From: Octopus sinensis
Taxonomy: Eukaryota
Length of the DNA: 64,000 nucleotides
Reading direction: 5' to 3'
NCBI RefSeq assembly: GCF_006345805.1
Contig: NC_043016.1
Location: 28,210,001 to 28,274,000 of the forward strand
The notes beneath the pieces were generated by a model that made no database searches, was not told where the DNA came from, and saw nothing but the letters and a program-made list of their open reading frames with translations. Both the position numbers and the translations under genes were made by a program. Below are positions 1 through 13,079 of the stretch, piece by piece (positions within the stretch are counted from its first letter, which is position 1; every line of letters begins with the position of its first letter).

Positions 1-212
1 GAGAGAGAGATGAATATCATGTGGTGAGGATCATTGATATCCTTCATTTTTGCCTCTGCAGAATTAAATATTAGAAATGTTATAACACTGTGGATGTAAC
101 ACGATGATGATGACTATTCTCTGTTGAATCTACACCATTTTTAATGTTATACTATTCCATTTGTTTTATTAAATATATAACTAATAATGATTTATTTTTC
201 TTTCCTTGACAG

Positions 213-404
213 TATTATTACTTTATTGGGTATTTCATCGTGTGGTTAATGGTTAATTTAGTCCAAATTGTGAAAAATCAACCAAGACTTGGTCACTATG
301 AATTTCAAAACTTATCGACACAGTTGATAAGAATTGAATTCTTTGTTACGTTTCTGTCAGGGCTGGCATATATGGCTTTTCCACATTTTTTGACTACCTT
401 GTTT
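213..404 (+). CDS. Exon (equivalent to exon 4) of plus-strand paralog, tandem TP53I11/PIG11-like membrane protein
   Basis: ttccttgacAG acceptor, GTAAGT donor at 405, 192 nt phase 0: YYYFIGYFIVWLMVNLVQIVKNQPRLGHYEFQNLSTQLIRIEFFVTFLSGLAYMAFPHFLTTLF. Upstream exons lie outside the window. Confidence 0.88.
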
Positions 405-2154
405 GTAAGTTTTCTCTTTTAATCTTTCTAATTTTCACCAGCTGACATTGGCAACATGTCTAATGTTGGATCTGTTAACTGTATGAATAATAAAACTGCT
501 GCTGTTAATAAATATTTATCTTGCTCCCAATTTGTCAGCATAATTAGGTATGGTCCGTTTCTCTGACCTGAGCTGGGTTACACAATCTGTAAGAGATGAA
601 AGTAGGGAATCACTGATTGCTGATTTTAAACTTTTCTAAAACAGACAGTACCATCTGTCATTGTGTTAATTTTTTTATCCTCCTCTTGTACAAAATAATG
701 ACAGTTTAGACTTACCGTAAAACATTATTAGCAAAATATGGTTCAAATACCTCCTTATTGAAAAGAAAGGTATACAAAAGGGAACAGTGACAACCTAAAC
801 ATATGGATAGGAGCACTAGAGGGAAAGCATATTGATGGCACAGTTGATTGATATGTGGTTTACTGGATTGTTGCCAGTTAAGCGTGTTAGTCATGGATAT
901 GCTACAGTTAACTATACCTTACTGTGCTACCTACATACAAAGGTAGCAGGGTTTGGGAGAACAGAAGGTAAGGTCTTGTTGCCCTTTCATGATTTAAATC
1001 TGGTAACTACTGAGAATTTGAACAGACAAAAGGGAGCTTCTCTTTGGTTTCTAATCAGCTAGAAATAACAGCAAGGAGTGGGAATGTGTGTATGAGATAA
1101 AGACTAGATGGTGGTGGCAAGAATGTCTTTGAATAAAGCTGACTTTGAGCCAAACAAAATAATGCTTTTTAGCCCTAGATTATTGCTAAGGAGTTGAACT
1201 ATCCTGAGGGATGTTCCAGTTTTGACCATCCCATCTTGATGTCAGTCCTATCGCCTTTGCCCTTCCATATTTTAAGATAGTAAAGTGGAGTTGAAGGGTG
1301 ATTTGGCTGTTATTTCTCGCAGTTATTTAATTTGAGCTATTGTATAGAACAGGCATGCTCAACCTCTTTTTGTTAGGCATGCCAATCACAATGCCCTTGG
1401 GTTCCAGTTTTCCCTTGCCTGTTAGTAGAGATCCTTCTGTCTCCCCTCATTTTATATGGCTTCTTTCATTTGTCTTTTATTACTTCCCATGTCACCATGT
1501 CATTGATGGAGTGGAAGAATTCCCTCACCAGCAATAAATCTGTGTCATTTTTATGGCTTCATCTCAGTTTTTTTTGTTTGGTACCAATTTCTTTGAGCAC
1601 TGGATGGATAGAAGAAGCACATTGCTGGTCAAATTGTTATCAAGTCTGAGAAAATGCTTAGTGCCCATTTCTTCTTGCTTTACTGGGGTTGACTTTGCCA
1701 TTCATCCTTTTGGAGTTAAGATATGTACTAGTTAAGCACCATCCCCTAGACTTTAGCAGCTTGTGCCAAAATTAGGAAGAATTAATATTATTATACAATA
1801 AGAAAAACCTATTTGAGGTTGTTCATAATTTTTGGTCACAAAAACCTAATTAAACTGCTTTTTTTTTTAACCCGTTAATAATTAAAGTCTCTTAATTATC
1901 AACAAGCAATTTAACATTTTAGTGATGATTACTTTATATTGATTGTATGTGTTTTGTGTATTTAAGTATGTATGTTATATTTAATGAACTAACTGCTATA
2001 AACAATATTAAATGTTTTATGTCATGCAAACAAGTTCTCTGCTTGACAACTTTCTACACAATTGAGAGAAAATATTTTCTAAAACTTTTTTTCTTCTTTT
2101 CTCTAATTTTCCCATAAAGTATAATTGTTATCCCAAGTTTTAAGTAGTGGTGTA

Positions 2155-2321
2155 CATTAGCATAGCTAGAGTGTGTGCCATCTGGAACGGCCCTTCCGTT
2201 TGCCGACCCCTGGACCTCACAAAAGACGTATTGCATACAGCAGACCCGAAAGTAATGCCCCTTTAAAAGTGCTGCTTGGAGCAGACCACCCCTACTGCCC
2301 ACCCCACTAGCTACACTAGTG
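2155..2321. mobile_element. hAT-type MITE (mirror copy at ~33590-33760; related fragment at ~57980-58101)
   Basis: Imperfect TIR cattagcatagctag / ctagctacactagtg; 8-bp flanks gtggtgta / gtgatgta (7/8 match). Confidence 0.6.
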
Positions 2322-2984
2322 GTGATGTATGTAATAAATTATTGTACTTTATGGTAATTATGTACTAATTGTATCTCAGTGATAATTGTTAGTTATAATG
2401 TATGTAATAAGTTCTTGCTGGAGAGGAAAAGCTCATTGAATCAACAGGAATGTGCCAGGGACTGTAGATAATCTGCAGCTGCCTGGTCAGTTTCACATGT
2501 CATATGCCAAGATGCAGGGCAACAAAGCTTGTTTTGCACTATCAAAATTAATTGCTGTTTTGGGGAGTCCATCAATCATGTTGACAGGAAAGGACAGGCA
2601 TTTTACCTTTTCCTTCTGTCTTTGTAAGATATAGCATGATGAGGGGTAACTGAAAGAACTGAAGATAGGGACTCTTTGTCTTCCAGTTTTCAGCAGAGAA
2701 GGGAGTGGGAGGTGTTGTTACAATAACTTGTTTAGAAAGGTGGGTGTTAGTGGCTAAGAAGGCCTAAACAAAAGGGCTTACTCTTCAGAAGCACTTTTAG
2801 GTCAGAAAATAACATACTAAAATAAGGTACTTGCCTTTGGTGGTTAGGCTAACCTAGCATCTGTGTGTTTGGATATAACAGTCTCCACTATTATATTTTC
2901 TTTGTATTGGCCTCGTTTTGATCCCTTCAGTATATTAAACAAGTAATTCCCACTACTGTTGTTATTTTCTTTCCATTTCTTCAG

Positions 2985-3125
2985 TCTCCAAAACCTGATC
3001 TAATCCATGTATATATAACTCAACTTGTGGGTGGATCGACACTTGGTGGTATTTGGTTATCTTGGTACTCTACGAGTTTTTACCTAGAAAGAGATATAAA
3101 ATCAGTTTTACTCTCTCGTGTTTAC
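2985..3125 (+). CDS. Exon (equivalent to exon 5) of plus-strand paralog
   Basis: ccatttcttcAG acceptor, GTAAGT donor, 141 nt phase 0: SPKPDLIHVYITQLVGGSTLGGIWLSWYSTSFYLERDIKSVLLSRVY; identical by eye to 32782-32922 (-). Confidence 0.9.
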
Positions 3126-4292
3126 GTAAGTATTGTTTTTTGATTTTTTTTTTTCCTTCTATTAAATGTGTATGTTTTACAAGTCAAATGTATCTAAATT
3201 TCTGATTTATTACTACCAATTATTGTATTTCATGGTGTGAATATTTCTAAAAGAGGCTGTTCTCTTTTATTTAGCCTTGCTATAATTAAATTGATGTTTG
3301 GTAGACAGGTACATGCTATTTGTTAATTAGTCTACCAGTTTATGCTAGTGGACATGCTAAAACAGCTTTGCTTGATTGAACAAATGATCAAAAAGTTTGT
3401 CAGCCAATTTAATATAGTTTCTGAATTGCAAGCTTGGTTCTTCATGATAGTTACACTATAGAAATAAGGGTAGTTGAACTTTTAGTCCTGCTTATAGCTG
3501 AATTGTATTGATGAGTATATAGCTTAATGAAACTATTAAGTCCTTCTTGTTTACTGCAAGGCCAGTAATAACTTGTTGATCTAATGAAAAGCAGCTGTAA
3601 TCATTTTGACCATGTGGTTATATATTGTAAGCTTTCCAGAGTATTTTACGGTTATATCAAGTGACTAATATCAACATTCTCTATTAGTGTATAGAATAAA
3701 TTGAAAATGCACAACATACAGTGTTATACAGAATATTCCACAAATCAGTGTGCATTTTTCTTTTTCCTTGCATTTTAATTAATCAAACAGATTTATCTAA
3801 TATTCTTAGATTTACATGGTGCTGTAGGTCATGCAGGCTTTTATGCTTTCCAATTCTGTATTTCATATTGTGAGATATTTTTCAGCCAGATTTTTATGTC
3901 TGGTTACTTTTCCTCAGATTGGAGCACATGCACACCAAGTAATATAGTTTGTCATTGACAGTAAAGTTCTAGGCCTTTTCAGTTCATGGCACTTTTGGCT
4001 TTCATAAAAGAAACAAAACTGTTATGGAATACATCAATGAACATTGGAGGAACTGTTATTTGGTTGGCCATTTTTCATAACTGGCTTTAGTTGGCCAAAT
4101 TTGCCATTCAACCTCTTAATATATAAATGTCTACAATACTCTTTAATTAGTTCCTGTTTATACAGTTTAAATGTATTTTTCTCACTCAAATTGTCAACTG
4201 TTGCAATAAGCTGTATTGTTTTTTGATTCTGTTCTCCATTTCAATGTTGTTTGCCAAAGTTTATCTGCGTTTTTTTTTTCTGTCTCTCTCAG

Positions 4293-4466
4293 ACAACAAT
4301 CATAATTTTTGCTGTGATAACCCAAAGCCACTTCATGCTAGGATATCCTAAACTGGAGAATATGTGGTTGTTCTTCACTTGGTTCCTTCCATTTGTACTT
4401 GCAATTGTTGGTCTCATTATGATAAATGCACGACGAAGATACCCAATAAAGAAAAAGGCAACATAA
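4293..4466 (+). CDS. Terminal exon of plus-strand paralog, ends in KKAT (KKxx motif)
   Basis: Polypyrimidine tract + AG at 4291-4292, phase 0: TTIIIFAVITQSHFMLGYPKLENMWLFFTWFLPFVLAIVGLIMINARRRYPIKKKAT*; AATAAA at 4504 and 4990. Confidence 0.9.
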   Translation, partial: TTIIIFAVITQSHFMLGYPKLENMWLFFTWFLPFVLAIVGLIMINARRRYPIKKKAT

Positions 4467-5044
4467 ATACTTTGCAAAAGACTTCATTTGCAACTCCTAT
4501 GCAAATAAATGGTAACGTGTTTGGCTGAAGCAAATATATTTTTTCATAATTTCTTTATAAATGTTTATTTTTGAAATGATTTTTCTCCTGGCACATTTTT
4601 TGAAGTAGAATTAACTAGCTATGAAGAACATGACATAATTTTAGATGGTAGTTATTTTCATTTGAGTCTAGATTTACTGTTTGTTTTTACTGATAAAGAT
4701 AATTAATATTCCAAATATTATGGAATTTTTAATCACCTCACAGGTGACTTTTCTATGAATCAAACAGTTTAGGCAATACTATATAATCTTCACATCATTT
4801 TTCCTCTAAAGTCTAATTGATATATTTCAATATAATAATCATTGCTCTTAGGAATAGTTGTAATTATATATATTTCTTTAATCCTGTTTATGTAACTATA
4901 ATTAAATCTACAATAGTTTAATGGCTTCACAGCAATTAAGTAAACAACTGATATCCGTCCCCTCACCCCCATCGCCTATTTCCAGTTTTAATAAATTGGG
5001 ACTGGTGTGTCAACTCATTTCAAAAAAATTATTTTTTTTTATTT

Positions 5045-8000
5045 TCAAGGTCTATTAGAGATCATTAATATTTTACAAATGTTGCAGGGGAGAATAATTC
5101 TTTGGTAAAAAAAATAAGAGACGCTTCTTTTCTGGGGTTTTTTTTTTTTTTTTTGAGAAACTGCAGGAGCTATTTGGAGGTCACTTTTCCTTTCTAACTT
5201 GCATTTTTGCTGTCTTACCTCTTTCCTCAATTCTGCTATCAAACACTACCTACTGGGATCATGCTGCTTATTGTTTATTTTTTTCCTTTGTTTCACAAAT
5301 TTGTCTTATCAATTAAATGATGGCACTTACCTACCAGATACACTCACCTTTTAGAATACTATCCAAGACAGTGTCAATATCTGAGGTGAATTACTCGAAG
5401 CAAATTCAATCTTTGAGTTCTTCCAAAAGCCCACAATGTTTGGATTCATACATGCTTGTGATTTGATCAAATTGAGCAGACATGCCCTAGTCACTGTAGC
5501 TTTATTCCTGCTTCAGGAGTTCTTCTACCTAAGCCCCCATGTAATATTAGATGTTTTCATTTTGATTTGAATATTCATGTCATGTTTGCTGTTAAAGACT
5601 TTGCCAGGGTTGTTGCATCATCTAGTTACACATTCCTGCCATGCAGTGTCCAATCTCTTAAAGCACAAATTCTGGTTCAACTGCTTCTTCATGTGTTGTG
5701 CCCCCACTTGGTAGATAATTCCACCTCACCTAGGTCTGCTTTAGGTATTCTCTCTGATATGCGTTAGTAGCTTGTCTCAGTTTTTTTTGGAGTGCTACCC
5801 CTAACACTATTAAATGCTGCCTTTGTAATTTGTGGTCTATTCATCACGGATGCCCATGGATGTTCCCCCACTAGTAATGGTCACAACATTACACATGAAA
5901 TAAATAAGAGAAATACTTTGTCCCATGCAGAAAGTGCAGCAGCTACTCGGTTCACTTTCCCTTTCCTATTCTTTTTTTATTCTTTATTCAAAGCTTTGAA
6001 TTTACAGACTAAATTTCATTGTTTTGCTGTTACCTTTGATGAATAATTAAGAAAAAGTGGTGTGTGTTGCTGGTTTTAGAATTAATGGAGCTACTTTACA
6101 TGTCTACTACGACAGTTACTCGTAGGATTTCCCATTTGGAAACACAAGTTTCCTAAATATTAAGTCTGCTTATTATTTTTGTTTTGCTTTTCGTGTTTTT
6201 GTTTTTATTCTTTTGCACCAAAGGTATGATGGCATGACCAATATTCCACTGAAATGATGGGTCACACTATCCTTATTATGTTGGTCAACATTCTAAGAGA
6301 TGACACTATATCAACATCTGAGATCACTTATGGCAAATTCAGTCTGAGTTCTTCACAAACCCCTCAGAATATTCAGATCATCCACTCTTGTTGTGCATTG
6401 ATGAAGTTCAGCAGAGATGTCCTTCTTACTGTGACTTCTTTCCTATCTGTCTAGGCCCCTAATTAGTATTAGATGCCTTTCATTCTGATTTTCTATAACA
6501 AATCTTCATAGCATGTTTCCTATAAAATACTCTGCTACTGTCATAGCATTATCTGCTTATACCCTCCTGTTTTGCAGTGTCCAATCTAGTAAATCAAATT
6601 CCTTCTCCATGTGTGTGCCCCATTTTGCAGATTATCCCACCTCTCCTTAGACTATGTCTTGGTATTCTTTCTTTCTGTGTTATTATCATTGGTTTACTGA
6701 CATAGCACTTTTTGGTGCTATCCTTAAGAATGTTACATACTGCTCCTTCCAATCTGTTTACTCAATTTTCATGGATAGCAATGGATCTCCTGCCACTGCC
6801 AATAACATTCCTCTTCTGTTGAGCCACAAGGCCTGGGCAGGTTTATACGAGGGATCAGCTGTTTCCCATGCAGTTTGATCCCCCCTCTCCACGCAGCTGG
6901 TGGCTCCAAGGGAACGATGGGTCGATACAGTTTGGTACCAGATGCGTCACAAGAGTTGTCGGTGATGACGTGTTGTGTCAGGCCGCCTTAGGAACTCCAG
7001 TTCCGGATTTTCTGTTGGGGTTTACTCCCTTAGCCTTCCCCAGGAGGGGGTCTTGATATCCAAAATATACATAAAATATATGATGTGAAGTATATAAAAA
7101 TTTATATAATGAGCAAGCTATAAATATATATAATATATAAAAATTAGCGAGAAAAAAAGCAGATATACAGTAAATATATAATTACACATTTATTGGATAG
7201 CTGTTGACTCTCAAGAGTTCCTCTGTCCTTTGGCGGGTTTTGTTTTTCATCCCGCAGGGTGTCCAATAAACACCCTCCTCACCAAGCAAGCTTGGTGGGG
7301 TTGCCAGTTTAGTCACCAACAGCCCGACCATGCAACAGGTTGTACTGGGTTACATGTTACCAGTAGCACTCAAAAGTGACCTGCCAACAACATTACACAT
7401 GAAATAAATATCAGAGATACTTTGCTGAATGCAGAAAGTGCAGGAGCAACTTGGGATCACTTTTCCTCTCTTACTCTCTTTACTCTTTTACTCTTTTACT
7501 TGTTTCAATCATTTGACTGCGGCCATGCTGGAGCACCGCCTTTAGTCGAGCAAATCGACCCCGGAACTTATTCTTTGTAAGCCCAGTACTTATTCTATCG
7601 GTCTCTTTTGCCGAACCGCTAAGTGACGGGGATGTAAACACACCAGCATTGGTTGTCAAGCAATGCTCGGGGGACAAACACAGACACAGAAACACACACA
7701 CACACACATATATATATACATATATACGACAGGCTTCTTTCAGTTTCCGTCTACCAAATCCACTCACAAGGCTTTGGTTGGCCCGGGGCTATAGCAGAAG
7801 ACACTTGCCCAAGATGCCACACAGTGGGACTGAACCCGAAACCATGTGGTTGGTTAGTAAGCTACTTACCACACAGCCACTCCTGTATGTTTTCTTTTAA
7901 GATTTTCAATTTACAGACTAAATTTAATTGTATTGCTGTTACCTTTGATGAATAATTAAGGAAAGGTGTTTGTGTTTGCAGGTTTTAGAACTGATAAAAC

Positions 8001-9140
8001 TAATCTAGATTTCCATTGGAACACTTAGTTGTAGGATTTCCCATTCGGAGTTAGAATCTGAGGAAGATGGATGTGATCCTTTTAAAATCAACAGAATGAA
8101 GTGCCAGTCATGTACTATGAGCAGCCATAGTAACACACCTTCTCTATAAGGTCTGTTGTTGCTTATTGTTTTTCTTTGGTTTCTTCTGTTACACAACTGA
8201 AAGTATGGATGTTACTGTCTTTATACTGTTATGAAGAATGTTTCCTTGGATAATATCAGCATCTGAGATCAATTAATCGTGGCAAATTCAGTCTGTGAGT
8301 TCTTTTGAAAGTGGTCCAATGGAAATCTAGACTAAGTATATCAACAAAATGAAGTGCCAGTCATGTACTGGGGTGAACCATAGCAACACACCTTCTCTAA
8401 ATATGAGGTCTGTTGTTGCTCATTGTTTTTGTTTTGTTCCTTCTGTTACACCACTTAAAACATAGGTCTTACTGTTTTGATGCTGTCATGATGAATGTTT
8501 CTTTGGATAATATCGATATCTTAGACCAATTGCTTGTAGAAAATTCAGTTTGTGAGTTCTTCTGAAAGCCCTCACAATGTTCAAATTTATCCACACTTGT
8601 GCTTTGATCAAGGTGAGCAGAGATGCCCCAGACACTGGCTTTGTTCCTGCCTCAGGTACTCATCTGACCAAGACCGTAAGTCCAATCTTGTAAAGCGAAA
8701 ATTCTGGTCCAGCCACTTCTCCATGTGTGGTGCCTCGTGACAAAGTATATCATCATTCCTTGGTCTGCTCTAGTGTATTCTCTCTGATATTGTGTTAGAA
8801 GCATGACACAGTGCTGTCCCTAACTTTATTAAATACAGTCTTTGTAATTTGTGGTCCATTATTCACGGTTGCCCATGGATCTTCCCCCACTAGCAATAGT
8901 CACATACACATGAAATAAATATGAGAAATACTTTGAGTAGCTGCTGCACTTTCTGCATGAGACAGAGTTCACTTTTCTTTTCTTGGCCATTCTTTTTCTT
9001 TAAATGCTTTGAATTTACAGACTAAATTTGATTATTATGCTGTTAACTTTGATGAATAATTAGGAAAAGGTGTGTGTTTGCTGGTTTTAGAATTGATAAA
9101 ACTAGTCTTTTAGAGCTGTTAGTTGTAGGATTTCCCATTT
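5045..9140. repeat. Local array of ~3 diverged copies of a ~0.9-1 kb unit, interrupted by insertions
   Basis: Recurring blocks such as caaattcagtctgagttctt (~5400, ~6335, ~8283, ~8543), acatgaaataaata (~5893, ~7395, ~8908) and tttacagactaaattt...gctgttacctttgatgaataatt (~6000, ~7910, ~9013). Confidence 0.75.
7470..7884 (-). mobile_element. tRNA-derived SINE with CORE-like domain and internal (CA)/(TA) microsatellite
   Basis: Minus-strand head ggagtggctgtgtggtaag...ggttcagtccc (Pol III A/B-box-like), then ttgggcaagtgtctt; copies at 30416-30792, 43537-43903, 51283-52037, 60545-60930. Confidence 0.85.
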
Positions 9141-9202
9141 GTAGTTTGAGTTCCAATATGGAACATGAACTGGGGTTAGCCATAGGAACATAGCTCTCTT
9201 AA

Positions 9203-9422
9203 CCCTTTAGTGTTGAGATTAATCTGTTAAATGTAATACTTTTTTCACTCAAATTATTTTCAATTAATCATACATTATCTTACAGCTTTGAAGTTTCAAT
9301 GGTGTGATAGTTTATTCTTAGAATGTCAATGTAGGTTAGGTGTGAGGGGTTAGATATGGCCAGTTTGAATGTAAACATGTAGGATATTTGGGCCGGATAT
9401 AGCCAGCTTAAACACCAAAGGG
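9203..9422. mobile_element. piggyBac-type MITE
   Basis: TTAA on both sides; TIR CCCTTTAGTGTT / AACACCAAAGGG. Confidence 0.8.
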
Positions 9423-9568
9423 TTAAATAGCCACTTTCTTCTTCCTCTTGATGTCACTTCAAAATCTGAAATCTGCATTCACTTGCTCCACTACTCGCAT
9501 ATGAATCTTTTAAATGGTTTATTGATTGAAATATGTGAAAGAATGCTGTAAAAGAGGTAGATGTGATA

Positions 9569-9720
9569 TCATTTCTAAAATGTGTCAGTGGTAATGCCCT
9601 TGATGTTACTGAGGATGATTTATTGTTTGAAGAAGATACTGATGACCCAGATCCTATTGCAGAGAATTCCAGTGATGATGAGAGTAGGAGTAGTATAGAC
9701 AGCAACACTGAGAATGAGTA
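9569..9720 (+). pseudogene. pogo/Tigger transposase C-terminal fragment
   Basis: SFLKCVSGNALDVTEDDLLFEED resembles the pogo-family SFxKCGISNALDGTEDD tail, followed by an acidic stretch. Confidence 0.55.
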
Positions 9721-11809
9721 ACTTTGAAGAAATGTATGATGAAACATACTAAAATAGGATTTCCCATTTGCAGGTTGAGTACTGTCTATTTGCTAATTTC
9801 AGCAAGAACCTTAACATTGCCTCTCAACTTGCATCAACTTAACCTCAACATGCTGGGGCTTCCAGTCAAAACATAGCACAGGGTGCAAAAAGTTGTTCCA
9901 CACTGCTTGCAGAATGGGTCTTCCTCTTTGCTGCATATTTTAAGGTTATTTGTAGTTGGTATGATGCCAGTGATGGCAAACAGGAGAAAATTTTGGTCTT
10001 TGATAAGTGCTCCAAATTTCTTTACAGGACATGAGGCATTCAAGTGCCTGGTCTCACTGTATCCATTGCTCCTGTTAGCAAAGCCCTACTACTTTCATAC
10101 AGTGATCCTCCAGGTTATGGCTAGTTATATAGGGAACACAATAGGTGATGTCTACTTTCCCCTTAAATGCTGTAGGGATTATTACTTGTTATATAAGGAA
10201 CATGTTAACTTCTGTTAACAGTGTTTTATGAATGTGGTAGAAGAAACAAAGGTGATAATTCAGACCAGCATTTTTTTTTAACTACTGATACATTGTTTAT
10301 ATTTAATTATATTTTGATTATTAGTGAATTTTAATGTTAAACTACTTATATTCCTCAGCAATGTCTAGTCAGTTTCAGAAAAAATACCTAATTGTGTCCT
10401 TTGATAATAACAATTTAACAATTCAAACATTCAATTGTAGCTTTAGATATACTTAAGCCATTGTCTGAACATATTAAAAAGAGTAGAGATGTATTTCTGG
10501 AAATCTTTTACTGGTTTCCATCACTAGACCTTGGCTATGCTGGGGCAGCACTTTCCAGAGAATTTCTTTCTCTCTCTCTCAATTTGGCTGAAATTAGAAT
10601 TTGAATGGGCTTTACCAGGTAAACGTACCCAAGATACACTGTATAGCTTAGTTATCTGTTATCTGTACTTCACCAGTACCCAGGAGAAATATGTGCCTGT
10701 TAATGATGTTATAAATCCATGAGAGTGGTGCCCACTTCTCTAGTGCAGTACCAGTACTCAGAAGAATGTATATAATGTTGTATATAAATATATACTTATG
10801 TAAAAATATATATTTTCTTTCTAATAAACTATTTTTTCAACTTGTGTTGATTTTCTTTTCTTCTTTTCTTTTTTTTTTTTTTTTTCAATATACAACTTTA
10901 TTTCAGTAAAGCAGAATATTCATTTTCATCATAAAACATCAGGCATGTAAATTACTATTTCTCATCCTTGCTGGCATGGATTGGGCAGATTGCCCCAATC
11001 TAGTAACACAGTAACTCAGAATAAGGATCAACTCAAATAAAAACAGAAGTTTACATTTCTCAATTTTAGTTTGGTAGGAAGGGCAGGGTGTACTGAGTGC
11101 AACAAGGCGAAAGATACTTCTTGACCACTACAATTTAGAGTGTATTCGATGCATTTTATCATGGCACCAGTGGTAGAGAAATTGTCTTGTGCTCTGCTAG
11201 ATTAAAGATCCTTTACTATGCTCTGGTGTATTGGTTTACTTCAAGGCACTGATATCAATATAGTGAATACAAAAAGAGAGAGAGAGAGAGCAATGATAGA
11301 ACAATGGAGTTGGGGTGGTGGTGAAGAGAGGAAGTATATGATGATTGAGAGTAATTGAAGTGAACAATTTATAGTGTCTATCTCCCTCCTCTCTCTCTAT
11401 ACATGTGTGTGTGTGTATCATTCATTCAACATCCCTTTTTTCCATGCTGACATATTTCTGCAAGACACCTGTTCCTGTACTTCTATCATACTTTCATATT
11501 CCTCAACACTCTAACCTACTCAGTTGAGGGGTATTGTCTTGTAAATACTTGGTGACCTCACCAATGCTGGTGGCACAAAAAATGCACCCAGTACATTCTG
11601 GGAAATTATTGTCATCAGCTACAGAAACTATACTAAAGCAGAGATTAGCACATCACTTTGGTTTGTCATTTCATGTTGAACCATCCAACCCATGACAGCA
11701 GATATATATATATTTATATACACACACACACACATATACACTCACACACAGTCCACTGTTCTGTTAAGATATGATCAATAAAAAGAACTCCATCCAGTGA
11801 AAAATACCA

Positions 11810-12760
11810 TTTAATGTTCAGTATAAAGATATGAGCTATTGAGTTTCTTACTGTGAAGACAAGTGTCTAGGCTGGATTTTATAACATACATTGTTTCTCC
11901 AAGCAATCTATAGGCTCTGAGCACATGGCCTATTCTATTTGGAACTAAGGATGTTGATGCAAAAAGTAGAGGGGTAAATAAAAATGGAAAAAGAAAATTT
12001 GAGTTAGGTTTCCTTTTGACCATAAAACCATAATTAAACTAATTATAGAATAATTCTTAAACTTAAAAAGAACGTGCAATCTTTCAGCTACACATGAATT
12101 GCATTTCTTAGATCCATTAACATATGGCATGGATTTCTCTACAATTCTCCATTTGATTGTATGTGGTGTTCAGTTGGTCTTCAAACCCCATACATCGCTA
12201 GCCAATTTAGTGGCTTTACTTTTGCCAATGTGTCAGAAAGAAGATAGGTGGTTTTCATAAAATCTCTTGAAATCACCTTTTCCTGAACCAATGTAATTTT
12301 TCTTTCCAGTTAGATTATCTTGAAGTATTGCTGTGACTTCTGCCTCATAGAGAAGTGTTTATCATACATGCCTAGTCAAGTGGGTAAGATTCAGGGCCTC
12401 GCACATTCTTTTTAAATTAAAGAATTCCACCACACCACTTAATTCCAGTTCTGGAATTTTCAGCAAATGCAAGTATATGGATAAATTTCTTTTGGCGTAC
12501 TGGTGGACCCCATCCTCTCTACATTTTTTATTCACCCTCCCACTTTTCGCATCAACCTTGTTTGTGTAATTTCTCATGTACCAGTGTCCTGATTTCCAAA
12601 TAGAACAGACTATGTGCTCAGAACTTGAAGGTTGCTTGGAGAAACAATGAGTGTTGCTGAAAAGTTCTAGCCCAACCTTCCAAGTTCTTTTACAAGGCTT
12701 AGAAAAACTGAAGGACTTCAGCAATAAGTGTGTGAATCTGAGAAGGGTATATGTTGAATA
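11810..12760 (-). mobile_element. Degraded Penelope-like element fragment
   Basis: PYVNGSKKCNSCVAERLHVL resembles the Cys motif at the end of Penelope-like ORFs; frame broken. Confidence 0.4.
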
Positions 12761-12842
12761 AAATCATAATTAACTGATCTTCCAGTATTTTATTTTACCC
12801 AAAGCCAGGAACTTTTCAGCCTCCCTCCTTATATCTAATATA

Positions 12843-13079
12843 TATATTTCTTTACTGCCCACAAGGGGCTAAACATAGAGGGGACAATCAAGGACAGACA
12901 AAGGGAGTAAGTCGATTACATCGACCCCAGTGCGAAACTGGTACTTTATTTATCGACCCCCGGAAGGATGAAAGGTAAAGTCGACCTCGGCGGAATTTGA
13001 ACTCAGAGCATAACGACAGACAAAATACTGCTAAGCACTTCGCCTGGCGCACTAACGTTTCTGCCAGCTTGCCGCCTTA
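12843..13079 (-). mobile_element. tRNA-derived SINE with Meta-like central domain
   Basis: Minus strand: taaggcggcaagctggcag...gagttcaaattcc...gaggtcgactttacctttcatccttccggggtcgataaataaagtaccag; further copies at 22578-22971 (+, one full and one partial in tandem) and 47296-47387 (partial). Confidence 0.8.

Larger units (their letters stand above)
1..5040 (+). repeat. Left arm of ~5 kb inverted segmental duplication (may extend beyond window start)
   Basis: Reverse complement of ~30900-35911; e.g. 1-120 matches 35782-35911, 4950-5025 matches ~30915-30990; ORF track gives identical or near-identical peptides on opposite strands (1340/34370, 1553/34169, 2452/33273, 4289/31463). Confidence 0.97.

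Noticed and set aside
9834-10043. Cys-containing minus-strand ORF (CSKEEDPFCKQCGTTFCTLC) as a piggyBac C-terminal domain
   Set aside because: Only a loose Cys pattern; no adjoining transposase motifs recognised.
10860-11230. Minus-strand AATAAA plus poly(A), possible processed retrocopy
   Set aside because: No TSD or recognisable coding sequence; A-runs are frequent in this window.
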